A DNA stretch of 64,000 nucleotides from Octopus bimaculoides (lineage: Eukaryota): assembly GCF_001194135.2 (NCBI RefSeq), contig NC_068988.1, positions 91,642,943-91,706,942 on the forward strand, read 5' to 3'. Every line of letters starts with the position of its first letter. Position 1 is the stretch's first letter. A model generated the notes under the pieces. The model was not told where the DNA came from and ran no database searches. It was given only the letters and a program-made list of their open reading frames with translations. The translations under genes and the position numbers were made by a program. Below, one piece after another: positions 11,261 through 26,447 of this stretch.

Positions 11261-13739
11261 TAAATACCTGAAATAGAGATCTAAGGTTTGACATACATGC
11301 CACCCTAAGTACAGGAAAAATCACAATATATATACGTAGTTCTGACATTGCAAAGGAGTTGTTTACAGTAAATACCAAATGGGGATTCTTGCTTATGTAG
11401 AATTCCACTGAAATATTATGGCAAAGTGGTTGTATTTTGGCTCATCAATTAAAGAACAGATGAAATCAGATACACATACAGCCTACAACAACATTTGATC
11501 AAAATGAGGACAGGCAGAGAATATAGAGGTTTATTGGAATATTTTCAAAGTAAGATACCCAAAAAAATATGTTGCTATTTTCTATCAGAATTGTGGAGTT
11601 TACACACACACACACACACTCTTACAGACACAGATACACAATTATAAAGTCACATGCTTTTATTTTTCTCCAGACATTTTTATATATCATGTATTGATAA
11701 ATTTATATTGTAAACACAGCAAAGCAATCTCGATAACTGTCTAGACAAATATCAGTCTATACAACTACCATCTCTTTTAAAATATACATAAATACATACA
11801 CACATATATATCCACACACACACACACACATATATATAAATATATATACACATTGTTTCTATACAGTATAGTGTATAGTTCATATACTGCTGTATACCTG
11901 CATTTTTAATTACATAAAAGATATACAACTGTGAGTGACAGACAGACAGCTATTCTAGTTACAGTCTGTGTGGACTGTTAGAAAACAGTGGTTCCATCCA
12001 CAGCAACAGTACTATTGCTGCTTTTTGGCCCAAGTCTGACTGCACAAACCTATGACCATCTTTTTCTTTTAATATCTTGTAGGACTTCATCGTCCACTGT
12101 ATCTATGCTTCCTTCTTGGAGTCCATAGAGTGTAATTTGTGTGAAATTAGGCTGCTATTTCTTACAAGTTGAGTGACTATATAATGACTTTCTTATTGGC
12201 TGGTGCCAAAATATCACAGCAAACACAAACACAACAGCTACAGTCTACAAACTGTAAACAGTAGTGGGGGGAAAAGAGCACTATTTCTGCCACCACTACA
12301 TTATATACTATTATTAGTACCACCACCACTATACCATCCACTACTATTTGCACCATAGCTACACAATCTACTACTATTAGTACCACTACTAACGTTATTA
12401 CTGTACTACTCACCATTAGTAGTGCCATCACTACAATACTAATGCTAGTGTAAAACAACTCCAGTATACATTAGTATCACAATATATTTGCACCAATATA
12501 AAAGCATCACCACCAGTTAGTACTACATAACCCATGTGAGAGCAAAACACTACCACACCACCATCATTATCACTACCTTACTATCACCATACCAGAAGAG
12601 AGTATCCAAGAGCACTTGATCTGATAGAAATAGCAAGCAAGTCCCTGTAAATTACACCCTACTGTTATACAAAAAAAAAAAAAAGCCTTGTCAATAATGT
12701 TGTCCTAAATACATTAGGTCAAAATAAAAGATGGAATGGTCACAGTCAGAACATCTTTATTCATAGGTCTACTGGATTAGAGTTGACCTGAGGCTAAACA
12801 ACTATGAAAACCCAGTCAGTAAGGGAGCCGAGAAAATGTAGTTTTTCTATCTACATTAGGTATGTTTGGACAGCTCTTGCTGCAGCAGCAGCAGCAGTAG
12901 TGGTGGTGGTGGTGGTGGTGAGTGATGTTGCTGCCACTAACACAACCATGAATTCTTGCTACTGTTTAACCCTAGGTCAGCCCTGATCAAAGGCATTCCA
13001 GCCATTCCCTCTTGCTTTCTCTGTGCATCAGGGACTACAGTTTCCATTGCATCACTGTCTATTTCATATAAGATGGTGTGATTTGAGGGAGACTTGGCTA
13101 CTATCTCTAGCAGGTCGAGTGACTGCACAGTTGTTCACTTGGAATAGCAGTAGAGTTGGCAATGATGATGATGATAGAAAAGATAGCAGGATCATGGATA
13201 TAGATCAATATATGATTGGCAGCCGTGATAATAGTGGTTGTGGTGATAGTATTGGCAGATGCAGCAGCAGTAGCAGCAATAGTAGTAGCAGCAGTAGCAG
13301 TAGTAGTAGTAGTAACAGATCAATAGATATTGTAAGATGTATAACTCCCATGATGCAGTGCAATGATGACAATGCAGAGAGGGGGAGACTGAGTCATTGT
13401 TGTGTGTCTGTGTGTGTTCACGTGTGTGTGAATAAATATTTGTGTGCATGTATGTGTACATTAACATACACATAACCATACAAAGAGTTTGAGCCACAGT
13501 GTAAACAGTACACATACTACACACATGTATGTGTGTACATACAGAGAGAAAAAATGCATGGGTAGAGGAATAAATGAGCTATCTTGGCCTAATAACTAAC
13601 AGACTGTGCTGACCTTTTTATGGCCATATTTCTAAGAAAATTAGAGGGCCTACATGCCACAATTAACTTTGAAAATAATTAATGGATGATTTACAAACTT
13701 TTAAAATTTATATTGGTACATTAAGGTAATGTTTGGAAT

Positions 13740-14078
13740 ACTGCAAAACAAAAATGACTTATTTACCTACTGAAATGCAACATTATCATTAAGAATTTGA
13801 CTAAATTATTAAATATGAAGTCTTGTGTATGAGCAAATTCGGGCAGCTTGGTACTAAAAGGGCTAACCCTTTTGTTACCATATTCCTGGTGAAATGCACC
13901 CTTTTTTTATTTAAATTAACTTTGAAAATAATAAAGAATATAGTAAAACAATTTATGATTATTAAGCTGATAGTTTTTAACACAAATTAACAAGAAATTT
14001 TACTTTAAATCACTTTAAAATCAGAAGTTTGTACCATAGAACCAAGGGGAGCATCAGGTGGGTTGGTATTAAAAGGGT
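13740..14078 (-). mobile_element. Second TTAA-type MITE family copy (related: 1167-1265, 5840-6160, 54423-54870)
   Basis: Ends in aaaagggttaa; shared body cttggttctatggtacaaacttc...ttctttattattttcaaa. Confidence 0.6.
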
Positions 14079-14184
14079 TAAAGGTAATAAATGGCTCAGA
14101 GACGGTGTTGAGGTAACTTACTATAATATTTACCAACTGTGTTGACCATGGCTACAACAGAAATGGGGATAAGTTACAAGTATT

Positions 14185-14370
14185 ACAGTGTTGACCAGTG
14201 GCCTGTCCACAGAGTAATGAAGTAGATGACTACTATCACAGTGTGTGTGTTGACCAGTGGCCTGAGTAGACAGCAATGAGGTGGATGACTATTACACTGT
14301 ACCCATCAGGGACCTGAATACAGAGTGGTGAGATAGGTGACTGCTATCGTACTGTGTCCATCAGTTCCAG
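14185..14370. repeat. Degenerate tandem repeat of about 55 bp, 3-4 copies
   Basis: gtgttgaccagtggcctg...gatgactac/tat units. Confidence 0.7.
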
Positions 14371-17300
14371 GTGGGTGAATGATATGATGCTTTCTTTTCA
14401 AATACAAAACTGACAATGAGATAGATGGCAACACCAGCAGGTTCAGAGGAGACTTAGACCAGTAGTTATTGTAGAGCTCTTTGAGTTATTAGCTCTTTGA
14501 AAAGATCCTGGTACACAAGCAGCTAGTCAAATATCTCAGTGTGGTCCACCAATATCTCTTTGAAACCCACACTATAAAGCTTTGGGTGGTGAATTACTGT
14601 GTAGAACACAGTGCGATAGACTGGACCATTTGTTTTTGAAACAGATCACAGAGCACCACAGTTGTCTTTCAGGTTATATACATCCTAACACAAAAGAAGA
14701 AATCAACGCGCCCTGAGGCCATTGGTTGTTGTCTAGCAGAGGCTTTTCAACCATATTATTTCAGAATATCTTTAAATTCCAACTAAAACCTTGACATATC
14801 AGAACTGCTGAGTTTTCACCTGATTTAACTGTGATTTCTCACACAAGGCCACAAACTTTTAAAGAATGAGTTGTTGTCAAAGGAATCAACCAAGCATATA
14901 ACTGGTACTCATTTAATTCATCCCAGACAGATGAAAAAAGAAAAAATGACATTGATGAAATTTGAACTCAGAACTAAATACTATAATGCATTTAAAGCAG
15001 CATGCTACAATTTCTGCCACTAAATCACCTGCATTTGATTTAATATTTACAGTTATTAAACAATTGCTGGAGCTTTTTTACTGTGTTTATTTTGAGTTTC
15101 TTCCTTCTGATGTTTTTCCTGACACTTTCTCATACCATTTTGTATGAACAAAACAGCAATCCCAGTCTTTTAAAAATCCAAACGACTACTACAACAAACT
15201 CCATAATAATGTCATGGTTAACAAGTAGAGTTTCCATTAGTAGGCAGCTGAGTTTTACAGGAATATAATACAAAAAACTGTTCATTTGCTGAAGAGATTT
15301 TGCAACATAATGCCAAGACATATGATACATAGAACAGTGGTTGGTCAGGAAGTAAGAAGGCCTTATATAACATCATAAGAACACACAACAATGGAACAAT
15401 GACATAAATCATTGTACCAGTAGTTATCAGTTATTAAAGTAACAGCTTTAGTTCAGAGTGAAAGATAGGCAGGTAATTGTCTACCCAGAAATATTGATCA
15501 TTAATTGATGCTGCTTCAGCTGACATTCAACTACAGTAGAGAAAATATTTCACATCACAGAAACATCGCACTCAACCACGCTGATCTAAGTCATCAACAT
15601 GTAAACAGTTTTAAGACACACCAGGATCTTACGAAGGACAATGAACTATAGCAGGAAAACCAGTATGATTTAATGTTTGTTAAATAAAGATAAATCTCAG
15701 ACTAAATATGATATCAAGTTATTGTTGTTTATCTCCAGGTCTACCTTGATTCAGCAGAGCTATAATAAAATATGTTCTGGCCATGACCACTCATTTTACA
15801 CTATTCAATGCAGTCTTCTTTGAAGAGAATAAGTGGTGTGAGATTTCAGGGAGTCAACTGTTATCCATAGCAAGTTAAATTACTACATAAATGTTCCTTC
15901 GTTATTTCATAAGACCAAACCAATTCATTCATAGTCCCAAGTGATTTGAAATCTATTCCAGACAGCTAGTTGACATGAAACATGATCAATAAACTATTAA
16001 ATATATATAAATGATTCCTAAATCCTTGAGGGGATGTTTGTTCAAGTCTCTTGACTTAAAGCAGATTTGAAAGAAATTTTTCCATTCATGGAACACCAGT
16101 GTCAGATTAGTCAGGTAATACATGGTTTAACCCCTCTGACCTTTCATTTCGTTGGTCAGGTGATTCTTTTAAGACTAATGTTACCTCATTGGGATGATGA
16201 TGATGATGATGATGATCTGTTTAATAAATTAAGCTTCTGAAGAGAGTTGTGATATTTAAAGAAGATAAAAATTGCTTAATAACAGGAACGTTAAAACTGT
16301 CTATAACTTTTCTTTTATAAATCACTTGAAAGATTCTCAGACATGATTACAGAGAGTGAAGAAGAACGAGATGGAGAAGACAGACAGACAGATAGATAAA
16401 GAATGAGTAATAAGATCTGCTGTTTAACTTTGACAGCTGAGACAAAAATTTGTTCATTTTCACCACGACTTCAATGAATATGCATCCACTGTATTGCTGG
16501 ACTTATTTCTACATTTGTCTCAATTCACCTCTCCTGTGCAGACTGGTCATAAATCATGGGAAGAAACATGGTCTGCAGAGAAAGCAGCATCACAGAAGCA
16601 GGTGATATGAAAATTGAAAAAGAGATGGGCAAATTAACGTTTTACTAAAATCAAAAGGTACTGACATGGCTGATGGTAAGAAGTTTCCTTCCTCCTTCCC
16701 AACGACATGGTTTGGGGTTCAATCCCAGTGTTGCACAAGTGTCTTGTACAATAGCTCCAGGCCAGTCAAAGCCTAATGAATGGATTTGATAGGCTGAAAC
16801 TTAAAGAAGCCCATCATAACATATATAGGGACAGGAGTGGCTTTGAGGTAAGTAATTTGCTTACCAACCACATGGTTCCAGGTTCAGTCCCACTGCATGG
16901 CATCTTGGACAAGTGTCTTCTATAGCCTCGGGCTGACCAAAGCCTTGTGAGTGGATTTGGTAGACGGAAACTGAAAGTAGCCCATCGTATACATATGTGT
17001 ATATGTGTGTGTATGTCTGTGTTTGTGCTTCTAACATCGCTTGACAACTGATGCTGGTGTGTTTACTTCCTGTAACTTAGCGGTTCAACAAAGGAGACCA
17101 ATAGAATCAGTACTAGGCTTACAAAGAATAAGTCCTGGAGTCGATTTGTTCAGCTAAAGGCAGTGCTCCAGCATGGCTGCAGTCAAATGACTGAAACAAG
17201 ATATATATATACACACACACACATGTCTATGTGTGTGCGCACTACTGCCTCCTTGCCTTCACATCACATAATAATTGTAAATGAATGTCCTTGTTAGGCA

Positions 17301-17818
17301 AGTGGTGTCCTTCATTTGCAATCTTCCATGAAAGCCTGTTTGATCAAAGAGATATATTGGTTTCGAATTTTGGCACAAGGTCAGCAATTTCAGGGAAAAG
17401 GGTAAGTTGGTTACACCAACCCCCAATGTTTAACTGGCATTTATTTTATCGACCTTCGACAGGATGAAAAGAAGGTTGATCTTGGCAGAATTTGAACTCA
17501 GAACGTCTAAAGAGAAGAAATGTTGCAAAGCGTTTTTCCCAATGCACTAACAATTCTGCCAGCTCACTGCCATCTTCCAGACACAGAGAAATATTACCTT
17601 ACTTCTTACTTGGAAATAGGTGAGGTTTGGTGACAGGAAAGGCATCCAGCCATAGAAAACAGTTTTGTTTTCTTGTTAATACAAAGTGGGGCAGGGAATT
17701 TTGCACAAAGCTCTTGGAGATGGGGCTGGAGAAGTATTTGTCAATTTGTAAATCATTGGTATAATGCAGTAATTACAAATATTCAATGATTGTTTAATTC
17801 AACAAAACATAAAAAAAT

Positions 17819-17857
<39 letters not shown>

Positions 17858-17893
17858 TTAGAAACATAGTGAAACATTGCAAACCTGCTGTTT

Positions 17894-17936
<43 letters not shown>

Positions 17937-19061
17937 TAGCAAATGCACCTGTCCCTTGGACGGTTTAAGTTGATTTGGTGGTATTTTTTTCACCGAATAA
18001 TTGAACGGAAAATCAAATTGAAGGCCAGTTATTGTGGGAGTCATTGCACTTTAATGATCATGGAACATATAAGTTTGCAAGCAATGCAAAGTAGAGCAAG
18101 TGAAGTGTTTTGGGAGTAGATTGAGGATAATGACTACAAAATATAATTACTTTAAATGAAAATGAAATTTCTTGTCAGAAACAACCACATAAATGATGTA
18201 ATGAAATTGAAGGGAGACATTGAAACTTCCTTTCTGCGAGTTTATTTTTTTTCAACAGAAAAGGGAGCTATTTTTTTCATAGAGATAAGCTAGCAAAAGC
18301 CCCTTTATTCCGTCTTCCCACATAGCCTGCATATAAACTAACAGAAATGCTGCATAAAGTTAAATTGGTATGGAGCTTTCTGAAAGACACATGGAGCTTT
18401 TGCTTGTGGAAGCAAAATTCTTATTTAAAGGTTGATCCTTTGGGACAAATCATAAGTGATTGTTTAAAAACGCGTGCTAACAATTCTGCCAGCTTGCTAC
18501 CATAATAATTGTTGTAGTGAAAATGGTACACCACTTCCCACATGACAATGTGGTATGATAGCCAGTCATTATAGGGGGACAGTAGTAGTTCTCAGTTGGA
18601 GTCGGTGTCAGTTACGTGATCTATATAAGTTCAAGATACCGTCAAGGAAGATGTTACAAAGCTGTCTTGTGGAAGTAGCACGATAGATGAGACAAAGATA
18701 ATAAGATGTGGAATACCGCCACAACATAATAGTGACAACAAGAAATATTACAGTACCCACAACAACATACTGCTGGACGAGGATCCACATTATAACAATA
18801 ATAATAATAATAATTGTTTTCGTTCCAGCACACGATCTCAGATCAGGTCACTTGCTATGCAAGTACATCTCCGTAATAATAATTCTTTCTACTAATAAAG
18901 CTCCGGTTCAACAACAGATGTCAGCACTGTCTTTCAAGTTGATAAAGTACAAATTTGAAGCCCGTAAATTTTAAGGGCAGTATGTCTCAAATTAAGTTAA
19001 GAGGGCCTCATCTGAAGGTGAATCAAAATAATTAGATGAAGGTCAACACACATACACTTAC

Positions 19062-19113
19062 ACACCAGATATTTTTATCAGTACATCTAGGCTAATGGAC
19101 ATGTGAGTTGCTT
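19062..19113 (-). CDS. Candidate 52-nt exon (possibly 5' UTR or start, ATHMSISLDVLIKISG)
   Basis: Very strong acceptor ttttttcttttctaatccag and donor tgt|gtaagt; only one open frame; lies in a CpG-retaining patch. Confidence 0.4.
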
Positions 19114-19566
19114 CTGGATTAGAAAAGAAAAAAATTTAATTATCTACCTGCCGGGGGGGGTAGGAGGCATAGGTGAGCAAAGCTGATGACATATATTCAG
19201 GGACAAACGACATAAACATGCTGGGAAAGACGAGAGCCGCTTGACTTGCTAAAAATAATAGGCAAGTTTCTATCGAATCACACCCTACTGACTTTATCAC
19301 ACCTACTGACAGGCGGGGAAGAAAAGGGGAAAATAACTAAATAAAACTAAAACAGCATTGTTATGACTGAAACCTTTATTTGAAAAAGTCTACAGGATCA
19401 AAGTTCACCGGGGGCAAAACAGTGGTAGCTTCGACAATATCAACAGAAGCAGCAGCAACCAAGTTTAACAGGTAAACATGGTTTTTTTTCACAACAATCC
19501 GGAAATAAATTGAGGTGACAGTATAATTAATAAAAAAACATTTCACTAAATAGCAAATTCCGATAG

Positions 19567-20447
19567 NNNNNNNNNNNNNNNNNNNNNNNNNNNNNNNNNN
19601 NNNNNNNNNNNNNNNNNNNNNNNNNNNNNNNNNNNNNNNNNNNNNNNNNNNNNNNNNNNNNNNNNNNNNNNNNNNNNNNNNNNNNNNNNNNNNNNNNNNN
19701 NNNNNNNNNNNNNNNNNNNNNNNNNNNNNNNNNNNNNNNNNNNNNNNNNNNNNNNNNNNNNNNNNNNNNNNNNNNNNNNNNNNNNNNNNNNNNNNNNNNN
19801 NNNNNNNNNNNNNNNNNNNNNNNNNNNNNNNNNNNNNNNNNNNNNNNNNNNNNNNNNNNNNNNNNNNNNNNNNNNNNNNNNNNNNNNNNNNNNNNNNNNN
19901 NNNNNNNNNNNNNNNNNNNNNNNNNNNNNNNNNNNNNNNNNNNNNNNNNNNNNNNNNNNNNNNNNNNNNNNNNNNNNNNNNNNNNNNNNNNNNNNNNNNN
20001 NNNNNNNNNNNNNNNNNNNNNNNNNNNNNNNNNNNNNNNNNNNNNNNNNNNNNNNNNNNNNNNNNNNNNNNNNNNNNNNNNNNNNNNNNNNNNNNNNNNN
20101 NNNNNNNNNNNNNNNNNNNNNNNNNNNNNNNNNNNNNNNNNNNNNNNNNNNNNNNNNNNNNNNNNNNNNNNNNNNNNNNNNNNNNNNNNNNNNNNNNNNN
20201 NNNNNNNNNNNNNNNNNNNNNNNNNNNNNNNNNNNNNNNNNNNNNNNNNNNNNNNNNNNNNNNNNNNNNNNNNNNNNNNNNNNNNNNNNNNNNNNNNNNN
20301 NNNNNNNNNNNNNNNNNNNNNNNNNNNNNNNNNNNNNNNNNNNNNNNNNNNNNNNNNNNNNNNNNNNNNNNNNNNNNNNNNNNNNNNNNNNNNNNNNNNN
20401 NNNNNNNNNNNNNNNNNNNNNNNNNNNNNNNNNNNNNNNNNNNNNNN
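19567..20447. other. Assembly gap (others at about 39004-39962, 41613-41622, 48277-48489, 55959-56440)
   Basis: N runs, most flanked by TA-rich microsatellites. Confidence 0.99.
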
Positions 20448-21805
20448 CTAAGAGATCAAACACTTAAAACAAATGAACAGATAACCATTTAAAAACGAAA
20501 ACACAAATACGTAACACTTCCTCTTTTTTTGAGATTAAAAGATTAAAGTGTTGTTTAACTATAAAGTTGAAGTGAATGTAACCTAAAAATTATTAGAGCT
20601 ATTATTATTATCATTGCAGCGAGCTGGCAGAACCATTAGCGTTGCCAGGCAAAATGCTTAGTGGCATTTGGCCCATCTTTACATTCAGAGTTCAAATTCC
20701 ACCAAGGCCAACTTAAGCTTTCATTCGTTCGGAGTCAATAAATTTAAATACTAATCAAGTACTGGGGTTGATGTGATTGACTTTCCCCATCCTCCAAAAT
20801 TTCAGGGTTTGTAACTCTAGTAGAAAGGATTATTACTATTAATTATTATTATTATTATTATCATTATTATTATTATTATTATAAGCACTGTTGCTGAAGA
20901 CTTGGCCTTTGGATTCACTTCTGCAATATTTCAGGAAAATAACTTATTTCTAGCCTTTCCTATATAGTAAACAGAGTTCATAGGCTAAATATATTTCTTC
21001 CAAAATATAAAGAAGTCACTGCAAGTGAAAGGAACCAACTATCTCAACCAATCTACACCAATTCTAGAAGTACATTACAATTGACAGAGATAATTAGTCA
21101 GACACACTCTAAGTACTCAAAATTAAAAATACACAAGATACACACTTACAATGCCCTAAAAGTGAACAGGAAAGCAAGACACACAGACACACATACATAC
21201 ATGCACCATCATCATCATCATTTTTATGTCTGCTCATTCTATGCTTGCATATGATGGATGGTAACTTCTTGAGGCAGTATTCAAAGGTTAGATGCCTTTC
21301 CTAACCCCAACCTTTACTTGTCTTCAAGTAAGGGACTTTACCCCAGTGGTTTTTCACATGTCAAAGCAAGAGACTTTAATGAACATCACTTTTTGCAAAG
21401 ACATGCAGAAACAAACACATGTGCACATATGAATGCATGCACACAAACATCTACACACACAAACACACACACATACACTAGGCTTCTGTGCAGGGTCCGT
21501 CAACCAAATTTCACTTACAAGACATTGTTCAATGCAAATCTAGAGTGAAGGACTGATTCAGTGACACTTAAATGGAATGACATAAATAAATCTACTTGTA
21601 CATACTTTATTGATTTCAACAGAAGTGCCTGAAAACCAAGGACTGATACGTAAATAAACTAGGCTTCCATTAAACAGATATAACAGCAGTTAGTTGTTAT
21701 CATTTAACGAGAGGTCAGCTATGAGTGAACAAATTTCGAAGGCATTACAGCTGAATATCATCATATCTTTTTCTAGCTTTATTGTATCTCGCCTGACTGG
21801 CCTTC

Positions 21806-22003
21806 ATGCTGGTGGCACGTAAAAAGCACCCACTACACTCTTTGAGTGGTTGGCGTTAGGAAGGGCATCCAGCTGTAGAAACTCTGCCAAATCAGATTGG
21901 AGCCTGGTGTAGCCATCTGGTTTCACCAGTCCTCAGTCAAATCGTCCAACCCATGCTAGCATGGAAAGCGGATGTTAAACGACAATGATGATGATGATGA
22001 TGA
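21806..22003 (+). repeat. (GAT)n-tailed SINE/RTE-tail repeat; further copies at 35910-36025, 42236-42520, 43040-43220, 54585-54760, 57178-57420, 59233-59500
   Basis: Recurrent ggttggcgttaggaagggcatccagctgtagaaactctgccaaatcagattggagcctgg...catgctagcatggaaagcggacgttaaacgatgatg. Confidence 0.85.
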
Positions 22004-25000
22004 TATTATCCAATGTATCTGCTCTTTTCCCATTTTCTGTTGCAAGACAATTAGATGCAATAAAGAGCTTTGGCTGCTATTTCTAGCCAGTTGAGTGGTC
22101 ACATAAGGACTCCCATACTGGATCATCTGCAGTTGGTACTTGCAAGAACTCATGTAATATTTGAATTCTGCAAGGATTCCTAACAGCTCATTATTATATA
22201 TGAAGGTGGCTAGCTGATAGAATGGCTACCGTGATGGACGAAATGCTCAGCAACATTTCTTCTGACTAGTCATGTTGTGAGTTTAGTTGCCATTGGGGTT
22301 GAATTAACCGTTCAGCTTTTCAAGATTGATAAAATAAAGTTCCAGTTAAGTACTGGCGTCAATGTAATCAACCAGACCCCCTTCCCAAAAAGTTTCAGGC
22401 CTTGTGCTCAAGGTAGAAGAAAAGGATTATGTTACTATGTAGCTCAGCTTAAACACACAGATGTCCATGGACCAAATGAAGCTTTCTAACAAAGTCACCA
22501 TCCACAGCCATCTTGTCTATATTATAGAAATGTTGCTTGACAGTTTTGGACTAAAGATATGTGACTTCTATTTTAGAGATTCTAACACATTTACTGTGAG
22601 ACACTTGGTTGCTATGGTGAACTGGTCAGGTGACTACATGGAATGTTGGCTTCTAGGTTCATTCATTAGTTTATGACAAGCATGATTATATATATTATAT
22701 ATAGTCTATTATATAGATAATATAGGTTATATCTATTGTATATAAACCACATATACATACATATATACATACACAAATACACACAGAGAGACACACATAT
22801 GTAAGTACTATCACCCCAGTAGAGTTTGCCACTTGCAAATTATCTTTTTATGTTTCTAAAAATAAGCTAAATCTGTCCAAGCTTTTCTTTGTTTCATTGA
22901 GCTGGCAGAATTGTTAGAGCATGGGATGAAGTACTTTGTGGTATTTCTCCTGGCTCTTAACATTCCAAATTCAAATCCTACCAGGGTCAACTTTGCTGTT
23001 CACCCTTTTAGGGTCAATAAAATAAAGGATCAGTCAAGAACTGGGGTCGACATATTTAATAAGACCCCTCAGCTTAAAATGGATGGCCTTGTGCTTATGT
23101 TAAGAAATTATTTTTCCAAGTTTCTCCAGGTTCTATATACTTAGTTCCAGGTCAACTTTGATTAGAGATATTCTATCCATAACCATTTTAGAGGTATTCT
23201 AGCCATAACCATTTACAAGATAACATCATCCAGTGAATCCTCTCTTTTTCTTTCTTAAGATGACATAGTTTGGAATTTCTGAAGTTCAACTGTCCTGAAA
23301 TAATCCATAAAGATAGTCATAACTGCTGTGGCTATTCTATCCATTTATGTTGGACAGACACTATTAAAGCTCCACAATGTAAGGCCATTTGTCTTAGTTA
23401 TTCACTGTCAACAAGGAGATATTTGCTGTGTATGAATCCTGCTTGGGTGTTCCTTGTCATTCCACACCTACCTACATCAACTGTACAGTTACTGGAAATA
23501 CTGGTTAGCAACTTTAAGTAGTCACTAACCTAACACAGATTATCAGAGATGAGTCAATAAAGTATTGGACAACAACAAAAAAGGTTTAATAGTTTATGTC
23601 TTGCCACTAGGACTTTGTAGAGCTAAATATAATCAATACTTACAGTTTGAAGGGAATAAGTTGAAAGTACCAGCATTGGAGCAGAAATAACCCTAAATAA
23701 CCAGTCTTCAGCAACACGTGATAAGTATAGATAAAAACGATAACATATTTGTAGAAGAGGTATAGCTAATTAAACGAAACCCACTAATGACTTGAAGTCA
23801 TTTCATATGAAATACAATGCAGAAATGAGTGAGAGGAATACAACAGAGAGTGAGAGAGAAGAATAGTAGACATGAATGAAAAAGAGAAAGAGAGAGAGAG
23901 TTGGAAGACCAGAGAAGATATTGTGGTATTGATGGTGGCAATGTTTCAACACCATCAATTTAACCTAAGCAAATATGAAGAAAACTAGTTGATGTGAAAA
24001 TGATAGATACAAGAAACATCTGGGCAAAGGAATTCTAAAAGACAACATCAAACTAACCTGCTAATCTTTCTATGGACAGATGGTTATTCTTTCTCTAATC
24101 CTTTAGCAGTTAAATCTGCCATATCCAGCCCAAATATTCTACCTTTTTAATGTTCAAACTGGCTACAACTGGCCTCTCACATCTACCCTACAATGTCATT
24201 CCCAAAATATATTATCACATCACTGAAATCTTGACGCCACAAAATAATGCAGGATTAATTCAAAATAATGTGAATAATTCAGCATTATATTTGAAAAAGT
24301 AATTTGAATACTAAAGAGTTAATAAGACTCTAAGAACTAGTCAAATCTAGTCACTGTTTTCCACTCCTGGAGAAACTTTCTACAGGAAGGCTAAAAATGT
24401 ATATCTTACTCTCAAATAATCCAAAAGTGATATGTAGTGCACTATAAATGAATTAATTAACCCACATTGTCAGCACGTGCACTATTATGCAAATCAGAGG
24501 GACAAGTTTAGCTGATTGTATATACTATAAATAGATAATAAGACACTACCAAGCAGAGAAGATGAGTTTTCTTTCCCTGGTGAAGGCCTAAGTGGACATT
24601 TCAAACAACACACAAATATAACGCCCTCTTTACACTTCAGACACGAATGTGTATTGAGTACGGAATTTCACACAAACAAATTTTATATATATGTCATCAT
24701 CATCATTTAATGTCCATATTCCATGCTGGCATGTGTTGGAGGGTTCAACAAGATCCGAATAGCCTGAGGGCTGTGGTGGTCTCTAACATCTGTTTTGGCA
24801 ATGTTTCTATGGCTTGATGCCTTTCCTGATTCTAACCACTTTACAGAGTGCACTGGGTGCTTTTTTTTCATGAACTCAACACTGGTGAGGTCACCAAGTA
24901 ACTCACATATAATTATATAGAGAGAGGAGGGAGGGAGAGGTGTGTGTGATTGAGAAATACACATATATATATTTATGCATGCATGGAATTACATGTATAG

Positions 25001-25564
25001 AGGATGTTATGTGCTATTTGATAACATTATAAAAAAACTATTGGGTAGAAATGTAATAGTCAATCAAATTCACTTTAAGTTATATTCATGAATTCTATAT
25101 ACACAATTTCATTTCAGAAAATGTAGCACTGCAGAACAATGTCAGACAGTTAGCCAATGTGATGAACAACAAACATTTTCATACATCTCTTATGCATGGT
25201 TCATCTCAATTGAATATCAGCCAAATACCATTTGCATTGCATTCTGAAGGTTTACAATGTATCACTTTAGAATTTCTATATTGCCTACAATGTCAGAATG
25301 CCATTTAGAGTTCTATTTTATTCCTTAATGTTACATTTGTTTTGGCATCTTTTCCTTATATTTTATTAATTTCTTTGTTAAATCCCAAATGAATTATTGT
25401 AAATGAAGTGCTGGCATGATTGTGCGGTAAAAAAGTTCACTTTCAAACTGCGTACTTTTGGGTTCGGTCCTATTGCATGGCACCTTAGTCAAATGTTTTA
25501 TATCATGGCTTCAAGCCAACCAAAGCCTTGAGATTAGATTTGGCAGACATACTGAAAGGGGTTT

Positions 25565-26447
25565 TGAGGTGCATGCAAAAAGTATCCGACTATTTCTTCC
25601 CACAAAAACTGATGTCACATGGGTAAAACCCTTTGGGTGGGAGGTGACACCACCCTTCCTGCACATGCATGGAAATTTTTGCACCAGTAGGCTGCACCAG
25701 TTCCCAGCTGTTATACCTAGAGTACAGACATGTGGTGCATACTTGTTGGATTTTCATTTTCATGTAAGGTAAGTGAATGCAATGAGCAGAGACTATAAAC
25801 CCATGTCTCATCACCAGTGATAATAGTCTTCATGGAGTCTGAATCATAATTTGTACAGCTCAGCATGTCCTCAGTAATTTCCGTGCAGAGTTGCTTCTTC
25901 TGATCCACCAGCACCTTACGGAGGAATTTTGCTGACACTCTCCACATGTACAAATCCTGCATTAAAATGGAATACACCGATTCTGTGCTTATTCCTACTT
26001 TGTGAGCAATTTCCTGGATTGCTTCACAACAGTCTTCCATGACTATTCACCAAACTTTCTCAACTGGTTCTTCGTTTTGGCTTGTGGATGGCCTGCCTGA
26101 GCATGCCTAACACTCCACCAAAGAGCAGCCATGTTTGAAGTGGTTGTACCACTCTTTGATCTGAGCTTTGCTCATGGCATCACCATCAAAGGCCTGTTCA
26201 GTCTTTTGGATGGTTTGAGCTTCAGTGTCACCAAGTTTTTAGCAAAACTTAATACAATATCTTTGCTCGATGTGTTTGGTGAAAACAAAAATCTGATGAG
26301 TATGCGCTACACATCCATATTCTAGGCATAAAAGCTTAGTGGTGTGAAAATTTTCGTGCATACACAGGAAAGGATGATGTCACTTCCCACCCAGCATTAG
26401 TTTTAGCAGGAAAAAAGAAAGTCAGATACTTCTTTGAATGTACCTCA
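25565..26447 (-). mobile_element. Internally deleted mariner transposon
   Basis: Imperfect TIRs tgaggtgcatgcaaaaagtatccgact / agtcagatacttctttgaatgtacctca; ORF 25717-26040 EIAHKVGIS...ILMQDL...RVSAKFL...IITGDETWVY is mariner HTH plus first catalytic D. Confidence 0.85.

Noticed and set aside
12177-13524. Val/Ile/Ser-rich ORFs
   Set aside because: Low-complexity (ACC/ACT/AGT/AGC)n tracts
17933-18460. Helitron/Helentron-like start (actagcaaatgcacctgtcccttggacgg after TA repeat)
   Set aside because: Only a vague terminal resemblance; no second copy or 3' hairpin identified in the window
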